This document shows, piece by piece, positions 36,048 through 43,952 of a stretch of DNA of 64,000 nucleotides. Each line of letters begins with the position of its first letter. The stretch's first letter is position 1. The translations under genes and the position numbers were made by a program. The stretch covers positions 632 through 64,631 of the forward strand of contig CACBDX010000003.1 in the NCBI GenBank assembly GCA_902538155.1. Reading direction: 5' to 3'. The notes beneath the pieces were generated by a model. It worked only from the letters and a program-made list of their open reading frames with translations. It did not search any database and was not told the DNA's origin. Source of the stretch: an uncultured Alphaproteobacteria bacterium. GTDB taxonomy: Bacteria; Pseudomonadota; Alphaproteobacteria; HIMB59; GCA-002718135.

Positions 36048-37169
36048 ATGAGTTTCAAATCTAATACAGGAACTATTATAGATAGGGCAATTAACGAACT
36101 CAGAACTGGAAGACCCTTAATAATTCAGAATAACAAGGAATACTGGATGTTCTTTAATATAGAGCATTCCCAAAGTAAAATTTTTAACCAATTCAATAAG
36201 CACTTAATTAATGAAAAATATCTACTTATTACTAAACAAAAAGCTCAATCAATTTTTAATAAGAATATTAAAAGTAATGTTTATTTCGAGATAAATCCTA
36301 AAACAGATGTAAATCAAATAATAAATTTATTTGTCAATCCTCTTAGCAATAATAAAGTAATTAAATTTACCAATATTAAAAAATTCAAAGCTAAAAATTT
36401 TCATAATGTTTGTATTGATCTTTCCAAAAATGCTAAAATGATACCATCGCTAGTTTTTAAAAAAATTAATAAAAAATATTATAAAAATATAAATGAATTT
36501 GGATTTAAAAATGGAATTTTAATATTCGATTATAAAGATTTATTGAGGCAAAATGAATTAATTTGTGAAAGTATCAAATTAGTTTCTAGCGCAAAAGTTC
36601 CACTACCAAAAAATGAAAATTCTAATTTTAAAATATTTAAATCATATATTGGATCTGATAAACATGTAGCAATTATTGTTAACCCAAAAAAAATAAATAG
36701 AAAATCTGTTAATTTAAGAATACACTCAGCTTGTTTTACAGGTGATATTTTTCATTCTTTAAAATGTGATTGTGGTGAACAATTAAATCAATCAATTAAT
36801 TACATGGTTAGAAATAATGGCGGAATTATATTATATTTAGAACAAGAAGGTAGAGGAATAGGATTAGCTAATAAAATGAGAGCCTATTCTCTTCAAGCAA
36901 GGGGTATGGATACAATAGATGCCGATCATAATATTGGTTTTTTAGACGATGAAAGAGATTTTAATATTGCAGCTAGAATACTTAAATTATTAAAAATAAA
37001 TAAAGTTAATCTTATTACAAATAACAAAAATAAAATTAATTCTATTAAGAAAGCTGGAATTAAAGTCGAAAATCAAATAAATACAAAGCCAACTTTAAAT
37101 AAATTTAATAAAAATTATTTTAAAACAAGAGTCAAAAAAGCCGGGTACGGTCTTAAACTAGTAGTATAA
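36048..37169 (+). CDS. degenerate RibB-like domain fused to GTP cyclohydrolase II
   Basis: The C-terminal half has HSACFTGD, KCDCG (zinc Cys triad), EQEGRGIGLANKMRAYSLQ and LITNN. The N-terminal half starts like DHBP synthase but lacks the DDEDRENEGD loop. I prefer the ATG at 36048 to the TTG at 36012. Confidence 0.85.
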   Translation: MSFKSNTGTIIDRAINELRTGRPLIIQNNKEYWMFFNIEHSQSKIFNQFNKHLINEKYLLITKQKAQSIFNKNIKSNVYFEINPKTDVNQIINLFVNPLSNNKVIKFTNIKKFKAKNFHNVCIDLSKNAKMIPSLVFKKINKKYYKNINEFGFKNGILIFDYKDLLRQNELICESIKLVSSAKVPLPKNENSNFKIFKSYIGSDKHVAIIVNPKKINRKSVNLRIHSACFTGDIFHSLKCDCGEQLNQSINYMVRNNGGIILYLEQEGRGIGLANKMRAYSLQARGMDTIDADHNIGFLDDERDFNIAARILKLLKINKVNLITNNKNKINSIKKAGIKVENQINTKPTLNKFNKNYFKTRVKKAGYGLKLVV

Positions 37170-37171
37170 TT

Positions 37172-37615
37172 ATGAAAAAAATTCCTAAGATAAAACTTCA
37201 ATTAACTAATGATAATGAGTTTGATTCATCTAAATTAAAAAACAAAACAGTTTTATTCTTTTACCCTAAGGCGTTGACTGGTGGATGCTCAGTAGAAGTC
37301 GCAGACTTTCAGAAATATTTAACAAAATTTAATAAAATTGGCTTTGATGTAATAGGAGCCTCTAAAGATCCTATTGATCGGAATAAAAAATTTTCTGATA
37401 AGTATAAATTGAAATATCCACTTGGTTCGGATGAAGGGAAGAGTTGTGATAAACTTGGCATTTGGATTGAAAAATCCATGTACGGTAGGAAATATTTTGG
37501 AATAGATAGATCTACATTTGTAATGGATAAAAATGGAAAAATTTTAAATTCTTGGAATAAAGTCAAAGTTAAAGGCCATGCTGAAGAAGTTTATAATTTT
37601 TGTAAGAGCCAGTAA
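37172..37615 (+). CDS. bcp: peroxiredoxin, Bcp/PrxQ type
   Basis: Active site PKALTGGC (PxxxTxxC), 147 aa. It begins 2 nt after the cyclohydrolase gene. Confidence 0.85.
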   Translation: MKKIPKIKLQLTNDNEFDSSKLKNKTVLFFYPKALTGGCSVEVADFQKYLTKFNKIGFDVIGASKDPIDRNKKFSDKYKLKYPLGSDEGKSCDKLGIWIEKSMYGRKYFGIDRSTFVMDKNGKILNSWNKVKVKGHAEEVYNFCKSQ

Positions 37616-37619
37616 ATTT

Positions 37620-38513
37620 TTATTTAATTTTTCCTATTTCTTTTTCTCTTTTGATTACAAATAAACCACTTAAGGTAATAATTATAGCGCCTATTATCAT
37701 ATTATAAGTTGGAGTTTCACCTAGTATTAAATATCCAAAAATCATCCCAAATATAATTACACTATATCTTGCAGAGGCCGTTAATGAGAGTGGTGCATAA
37801 AAAACTGTTAATACTGAAAATAAATAGCCGAACAAAACAAATATACTAGAAACAAGAATATAATTTACATCTTCACCGCTTACTTGATAACCAAAAATTA
37901 TTGAACCCAAGCCTGCAAATCCAGTAATCAACAAAGCAGTCACAAATGTAATTTCAACACTATTTGATTTAGTCGCTAAACTCTTTGTAGCAATATCTCT
38001 AATAGTTAAAAAAATAGCAGCTAAAATTGGTAAAACTAAAAGATAATTAAATTGAAAATTTTGTGGATTTACAACAACTAGGACACCTAAGAATCCAATT
38101 ATGACTGCACACCATCTTCTTATACCAACTTTCTCTCCCAAAAAAAGAAAAGCAAATATTGTGACAAAGAAAGGATTAGTCATTAAAAGTGTGTAAACCT
38201 CAGATATTGGAAGTAATATTAATCCAACCAAAAAAAATAATGCCGTTAAAACTTCATACAAACCTCTTATATGAAAACTTTTGATTGAGAGTATTTTAAT
38301 TAAATTCTTTTTTTCGAAAAAAATTAAATATAAACCTAATAGACTTGATGTTACTAAACCTCTCAAAAAAATTACAGAATATAATGAATTGTCATCACCT
38401 ATATTTTTTACAACAAGTTTGACATAACTATCATTTATAGAGAATGATAATTGGCCAGCCATCATGAAAAGTACACCTATCGTCCCAACTGAAAATAAAA
38501 TCTTGCTTTTCAT
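37620..38513 (-). CDS. DMT-superfamily (EamA-like) transporter
   Basis: 297 aa with 10 TM segments in two EamA halves. Confidence 0.8.
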   Translation of the reverse strand: MKSKILFSVGTIGVLFMMAGQLSFSINDSYVKLVVKNIGDDNSLYSVIFLRGLVTSSLLGLYLIFFEKKNLIKILSIKSFHIRGLYEVLTALFFLVGLILLPISEVYTLLMTNPFFVTIFAFLFLGEKVGIRRWCAVIIGFLGVLVVVNPQNFQFNYLLVLPILAAIFLTIRDIATKSLATKSNSVEITFVTALLITGFAGLGSIIFGYQVSGEDVNYILVSSIFVLFGYLFSVLTVFYAPLSLTASARYSVIIFGMIFGYLILGETPTYNMIIGAIIITLSGLFVIKREKEIGKIK

Positions 38514-38537
38514 AATAAAAAAAAATATTTAACCGAT

Positions 38538-39872
38538 ATGTTACAAAGAAATTCTTCAAGTCATTTATATGGATTTACTGACTTGAAGTCATTAAATGAA
38601 AGAGGCCCTTTAGTTATTTCTTATGGAAAAGGAATATATGTTTACGATACTAAAGGTAGTAAATATCTAGATGCAAATTCTGGTCTATGGAATCAGTGTG
38701 CAGGTTTTGATCATCCTGGATTAATTGAAGTTGCAAAAAAACAGTATGAAAAATTTGCTGGTTATCATTCTTTATTTGGAAGGTTGTCTGAAGAAACGTT
38801 ACAGCTATCTGAAAAAATTATTGAAGTATCACCTTTTGATCAAGGTCGTGTATTTTTTTGTAATTCAGGATCTGAAGCAAATGACACCATGGTCAAAATG
38901 TTATGGATGTTAAATGCAAGAATTGGAAAGCCAAATAGACGAAAAATTATAACAAGAATTAATGGATATCATGGCGTTACTTTAGGAGCTTCTTCAATGA
39001 CAGCCAAACCATACAATAAAGAGTTTGGATTACCATCAAAAGAATTCATTCATATTGAATGTCCTCATTATTGGAAATATGGAATAGAGAATGAAACTGA
39101 AGAAGAATTTTCTATTAGAATGGCTAAAAATTTAGAAGAAAAAATCATTAAAGAAGATCCAGAAACTATTGCCGGTTTTGTTGCTGAACCTGTTCAAGGT
39201 GCAGGTGGTTGTATACCTCCTTCAAAATCGTATTTTGATTTAGTTCAGCCTATATTAAAAAAATATGATATTCCTTTTATCGCAGATGAGGTAATTTGTG
39301 GATTTGGTAGAACTGGAAATTTATGGGGTTGTGAAACATACAATATCAAACCAGATATAATTATTTCATCTAAATGTTTAACAGCTGGGTACTTTCCTAT
39401 GGGTGCAGTTTTAGTTAATAAAGAATTTTCAGATAAATTTGTTGAAGTATCAGAAGAGGCAGAAGAATTTCCACACGGTTTTACTGCTGGCGGCCATCCT
39501 GTGGGATGTGCAATTGCTTTGAAGGCAATAGATGTAATTATTAATGAGGGTTTACTAGATAATGTAAAATTGATGGAACCCTATTTTTTTGAAAGATTAA
39601 ATGAATTTAATGATTATGAACACATAGGAGAAACTAGAGGAATAGGTCTTATGGCTGCATTAGAGATGGTAAAAAATAAAGATACAAAAGAACCATTTGA
39701 AAGTCATCTTAACATGGGAGACAAAGTTGCTAATTTATCAATTGATAATGGATTAATTTGCAGACCTTTAGGTCCTGCAATTGTTTTGTGCCCTCAGTTT
39801 ATAATTACTAAAAATCAGATTGATGAAATATTTGACTCCCTTCATAAAACTATAAAGCAAGTTTTTAATTAA
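38538..39872 (+). CDS. class-III (omega) aminotransferase
   Basis: NSGSEANDT, ADEVICGFGRTG and the PLP lysine in ISSKCLTAGY, 444 aa. Confidence 0.9.
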   Translation: MLQRNSSSHLYGFTDLKSLNERGPLVISYGKGIYVYDTKGSKYLDANSGLWNQCAGFDHPGLIEVAKKQYEKFAGYHSLFGRLSEETLQLSEKIIEVSPFDQGRVFFCNSGSEANDTMVKMLWMLNARIGKPNRRKIITRINGYHGVTLGASSMTAKPYNKEFGLPSKEFIHIECPHYWKYGIENETEEEFSIRMAKNLEEKIIKEDPETIAGFVAEPVQGAGGCIPPSKSYFDLVQPILKKYDIPFIADEVICGFGRTGNLWGCETYNIKPDIIISSKCLTAGYFPMGAVLVNKEFSDKFVEVSEEAEEFPHGFTAGGHPVGCAIALKAIDVIINEGLLDNVKLMEPYFFERLNEFNDYEHIGETRGIGLMAALEMVKNKDTKEPFESHLNMGDKVANLSIDNGLICRPLGPAIVLCPQFIITKNQIDEIFDSLHKTIKQVFN

Positions 39873-40165
39873 GTTTCGTATTTAACTATAAAACCTGAAT
39901 ACTTCACATTGCTAATGATACTATTTGGAATAACTCCTTCAACTAGAGCTAGTGATGGTCCATCTTTCGCTTTTTCAGTTATAGATAGTATACTTTTCAT
40001 ATCTCCTTGAATTATAGCTTCTACTTCATCTTTACTTTCTTTATTTTGAATATATCCATTTAATCCTAACGAAATAGCTAAATCACTAAACCAGTGTCTA
40101 AATCCAACACCTTGAACTTTTCCTTTTATTATTAAACTATACGTTTTTATTTCATTTGTATTCAT
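39869..40165 (-). CDS. acyP: acylphosphatase
   Basis: KGKVQGVGFRHW signature. The ATG at 40165 gives a typical 98-aa product; the track start at 40198 is a GTG extension. Confidence 0.8.
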   Translation of the reverse strand: MNTNEIKTYSLIIKGKVQGVGFRHWFSDLAISLGLNGYIQNKESKDEVEAIIQGDMKSILSITEKAKDGPSLALVEGVIPNSIISNVKYSGFIVKYET

Positions 40166-40221
40166 TATACTATCAATATAAGTACTTTTTATATTCACAC
40201 AATCCCTAAATAGTAAAATTC

Positions 40222-41097
40222 ATGATTAATAAAAAAATTTTGTACTGTTCATTGTCATTAATTTTGGGTGGAATTTTTTTTGTAATACATGATGCAATAA
40301 TTAATCATTTAACTGAAGTAGAGTTTAAGTTTTATCATCATGTATTCTTTGGAAGTCCTTGGTTAATTATAATATTTATATATTTATACTTCACTGGAAA
40401 TATTAAAACTTATTTGGGGTCATCAAATTATTCAATTTTAATGTTAAGAGGTTTTTTATTTTTACCTTTACCTTATATGTTATTTATAAGTTTACAAAAT
40501 ATTTCATTACCTGAATGGACAACTCTAAATATGATCTCCCCTATTTTAGGATCAATTCTAGCAATTTTATTTTTAGGAGAAAAAATAAATTATGTAACAA
40601 CCACTGCAATTTTTTTAGGATTTATAGGTGTGATATTTATTATCCAGCCAGGTTTTCAAGATTTTAGCTTTTATTATTTATTTCCTGTTTATGGTGCATT
40701 TACTTTGGCTTTGCAAAGTTTTTTAGCAAATAAATATTCTAATATTACAACCACTCTAGGATTTTTTGTATATGGATTAATACCTATTAATTTGGTTTCT
40801 GTTATTTTATTTATATTTAATCCATTAATAAATTATCAACTATTAATCATTTCATTATTTGCCGGTTTAATCGTTTTATTAGGTGTTTATCTTGTAACTT
40901 ATGCGTTTCAAAATTCTAAAAATCATTTTTCATCAATATTTGCATTATTTTATTTGCAAATATTATGGTCATTAATAATTGGTATTTTATTTTTTAATGA
41001 ATATCTTAATTTTTTTGCATTGATAGGAGCTTTTTTAATTGTATTAAGTGGGATTTTATCTCTTCAGGCTCAAAAAAAACAACTGAATGCTTTATGA
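40222..41097 (+). CDS. DMT-superfamily (EamA-like) transporter, tandem paralogue 1
   Basis: 291 aa with 10 TM segments, collinear with the next gene. Confidence 0.75.
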   Translation: MINKKILYCSLSLILGGIFFVIHDAIINHLTEVEFKFYHHVFFGSPWLIIIFIYLYFTGNIKTYLGSSNYSILMLRGFLFLPLPYMLFISLQNISLPEWTTLNMISPILGSILAILFLGEKINYVTTTAIFLGFIGVIFIIQPGFQDFSFYYLFPVYGAFTLALQSFLANKYSNITTTLGFFVYGLIPINLVSVILFIFNPLINYQLLIISLFAGLIVLLGVYLVTYAFQNSKNHFSSIFALFYLQILWSLIIGILFFNEYLNFFALIGAFLIVLSGILSLQAQKKQLNAL

Positions 41098-41117
41098 TTA
41101 TTATTAAAAATTAATTT

Positions 41118-41996
41118 ATGAAAAAAAGTATTATTTATTCTTCAATTCTTTTGTTTTTTGCAGGAATTTTTTTTGTAACAAATGACGCAATAATAAATTA
41201 TCTATCTCAAACAAATGTGAAATTTTATCATTTCATATTTTATGGAATACCGATTTATTTATGTTTCCCATTTTATTTATTTATTAATGGAACTTTAAAA
41301 CAAAATATAAAATGTACTAATTATTTTCCCCCTATTTTTAGAGGTTTTTTAAATATCCCTTTGCCATTTATTGCTTTTATAACACTTGAACAAATTAAAC
41401 TTCCAGAATTCACAACATTAAATATGACTGCACCATTGATGGGAACGATTTTTGCTATTTTTTTACTAAATGAAAAGCTAAATTTCTTAACTTATTTATC
41501 TTTGTTAATTGGTTTTTTAGGAGTTTTATTTGTTATTCAGCCTGGATTTGAAAGCTTTAATATTTATTACCTCATTGTTCTTATTGGGGTATTATTAATT
41601 ACAATTACAACATTTATTGTAAATAAATATAATCATGTAACTACAAATATTGGTTATTTTCTTTATGGCGGCTTTTTCGTTCACTTAGTTTCAATACCTT
41701 TATTTTTATTCAATCCATTAAAAGTAACTCTTTTTGAATTTTTCTTAATTTCAACTGCCGCATTATTTATCAATTCAGCTATGTTTTTTGCTACTACTGC
41801 ATTTAAGATTGCTCAAAAACATTATGCATCTGTTTTTAGTTTAGTTTACCTACAGGTATTGTGGTCATCATTGGTTGGAATATTTATATTTAATGAATAT
41901 ATGAATTTATATGCTTATATTGGAGCAATATTTATTGTTTTAAGTGGAATTGTTTCATTACCTTCACAGATAAAACAATTACAGGAAGCAAATTAA
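41118..41996 (+). CDS. DMT-superfamily (EamA-like) transporter, tandem paralogue 2
   Basis: 292 aa. Blocks shared with paralogue 1 include GIFFV-x-DAIIN, LPE-x-TTLNM, IQPGF, FNPL and FNEY-x-N. Confidence 0.75.
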   Translation: MKKSIIYSSILLFFAGIFFVTNDAIINYLSQTNVKFYHFIFYGIPIYLCFPFYLFINGTLKQNIKCTNYFPPIFRGFLNIPLPFIAFITLEQIKLPEFTTLNMTAPLMGTIFAIFLLNEKLNFLTYLSLLIGFLGVLFVIQPGFESFNIYYLIVLIGVLLITITTFIVNKYNHVTTNIGYFLYGGFFVHLVSIPLFLFNPLKVTLFEFFLISTAALFINSAMFFATTAFKIAQKHYASVFSLVYLQVLWSSLVGIFIFNEYMNLYAYIGAIFIVLSGIVSLPSQIKQLQEAN

Positions 41997-42718
41997 TGTA
42001 TAAAATTTTATTATTTTTATTTCTTTTCTTTTTTAGCTATAACTCTTTTTCAAATGAAGTTAAGATTTTAAATGAAACTATTGGTAATGGTTTAGAAGTA
42101 AAAAATCATTCAAAATTATCTGTTCATTACATTGGTAGACTTGAGGATAATACTGTTTTTGATAGTTCATATGATAGAGGGCAATTCTTTGATTTTCAAA
42201 TAGGGGTAAGAAAAGTAATCCTAGGTTGGGAAACTGGGTTACTTGGAATGAGAGAAGGTGGAAAAAGAACAATATTTATTCCTTATCAATTAGCTTATGG
42301 AGAAAGTGGTGCAGGAAGTTTAATTCCACCAAAATCAAATCTTATTTTTGATATTGAAGTAATTAAAGTAATTCCCCCTGGTTATAAAGAGATAGATGGT
42401 TATCAATTAAAATTAGCTTTAACAGATGATTTTAAAATTATAGATATTAGAAGTGAAGATCAAAGAACTAATAAAAATAAAATTCCAGGAGCTATTCAGA
42501 TCACAGCATTTGATAAAAATGGTAAATTTTTTCCTGATTTTTTTGAAAAGTATAAAGAAAATATACAAATAGGAGAGAAGGTTATTTTCATAAGTCAAAA
42601 AGGAGACATATCTTCAATTTTAGCTAATGGATTTGTTGAACAACTAAATCAAACAAATATTTATCATTTAAAGGACGGTGTATCAGGTTTAGAAAAAATA
42701 AATTTTGATTTTGAGTAA
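41996..42718 (+). CDS. secreted FKBP-type peptidyl-prolyl isomerase fused to a Cys-less rhodanese-like domain
   Basis: It has a signal peptide. The FKBP core reads VHYIGRLEDNTVFDSSYDRG...GWETGLLGMREGGKR...IFDIEVIKV. The C-terminal IIDIRSEDQR...IPGAI...VIFISQKGDISS has Ser where the rhodanese catalytic Cys would be. Confidence 0.8.
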   Translation: MYKILLFLFLFFFSYNSFSNEVKILNETIGNGLEVKNHSKLSVHYIGRLEDNTVFDSSYDRGQFFDFQIGVRKVILGWETGLLGMREGGKRTIFIPYQLAYGESGAGSLIPPKSNLIFDIEVIKVIPPGYKEIDGYQLKLALTDDFKIIDIRSEDQRTNKNKIPGAIQITAFDKNGKFFPDFFEKYKENIQIGEKVIFISQKGDISSILANGFVEQLNQTNIYHLKDGVSGLEKINFDFE

Positions 42719-42719
42719 A

Positions 42720-43523
42720 TCAAAAATCTATTTTTTTATTATTTTCAGCTGCATAATTAATAATAAATTGCCATGCTGATCTCCCAGTTCTATTACCTCT
42801 TTGTAAACTCCATTTAATTGCTTCTTTTTCAGTCTTTTCATTAAAAGGAAGTTTAAATTTTTCACAATACTGAAAAATTATATTAACAAAATCATTTTGA
42901 GAAATATTATGAAAGCCAATCCATAGACCAAAACGATCACTTAGACTTATTTTTTCTTCAACACTTTCATCTGTATGAATAGCAGAAGATCTTTCATTTT
43001 CTATCATATCTCTTGGCATTAAATGCCTTCTATTTGAGGTAACATATAGAACTATATTTTTGGGTTGATTTTGTATACTCCCATCTAATGTTGATTTAAT
43101 TATTTTGTAATCACTATCTATTTTTTCGAATGATAAATCATCAATAAAAATTATAAAATTATAATTTTTTAAATTAGCATATTTTTCGTAAATAACTTCG
43201 ATATCAAAAATATTATTCTTATTTAATTGAATTAATTTTAAATTTTTATTCTTTTTATTTATTTCATAAAAAACTGATTTAATCAGAGAACTTTTACCAT
43301 TCCCCCTAGATCCCCATAACAAAGCATTATTGGTAAAATTTCCTTCAGCAAAATTAATAGTATTATTATAAATAGTTTCTTTTTGTCTTTCTATTCCAAT
43401 TAATAGATCTAAATCTAAGCATCTAAAATGTGAGATTATTTTAAGGTTTTTTATTTTACTATCCCAAATAAATGCATTTGCTCTTGAGAGTGTAATATTA
43501 GATAAAAAATTGCTTAAAAACAT
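42720..43523 (-). CDS. DUF815-family P-loop ATPase
   Basis: Walker A LLWGSRGNGKSS, Walker B IIFIDDLSF, and a DUF815-like length and layout. Confidence 0.7.
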   Translation of the reverse strand: MFLSNFLSNITLSRANAFIWDSKIKNLKIISHFRCLDLDLLIGIERQKETIYNNTINFAEGNFTNNALLWGSRGNGKSSLIKSVFYEINKKNKNLKLIQLNKNNIFDIEVIYEKYANLKNYNFIIFIDDLSFEKIDSDYKIIKSTLDGSIQNQPKNIVLYVTSNRRHLMPRDMIENERSSAIHTDESVEEKISLSDRFGLWIGFHNISQNDFVNIIFQYCEKFKLPFNEKTEKEAIKWSLQRGNRTGRSAWQFIINYAAENNKKIDF

Positions 43524-43598
43524 AATAAATACTTTATTTGATTTTTCTTATTACACAGTATAATAAATCACTCAAATTAAATCATCATAGGTACTATT

Positions 43599-43940
43599 AT
43601 GGAAGCTTTTGGAACATTTTTACCACTTATTTTAATATTTGTAGTTTTTTATTTTTTATTAATTAGACCACAACAAAGAAAAGTTAAACAGCATAAAGAA
43701 ATGCTATCTAATCTTAAAAGAGGTGATAAAATTGTCACTTCAGGTGGAATTATAGGTACTATAAACAAAGTTGCTGATAATAGGGAATTAACTTTAGAAG
43801 TTGCAGATAATGTTGAAATTAAAATTGCATCAGGAATGGTTGCGGATTTATATGCAATGCCAGAAGTTCAAAAAAAAGAGCCACCAAAAGAAGAGAATAA
43901 GAGTAAATCTGGCTTCTCTTTATTTTCTAGAAAAAAATAA
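43599..43940 (+). CDS. yajC: preprotein translocase subunit YajC
   Basis: A single TM segment followed by LLIRPQQRK and GDKIVTSGGIIGTI. Confidence 0.9.
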   Translation: MEAFGTFLPLILIFVVFYFLLIRPQQRKVKQHKEMLSNLKRGDKIVTSGGIIGTINKVADNRELTLEVADNVEIKIASGMVADLYAMPEVQKKEPPKEENKSKSGFSLFSRKK

Positions 43941-43952
43941 TTTTTTTTATTA

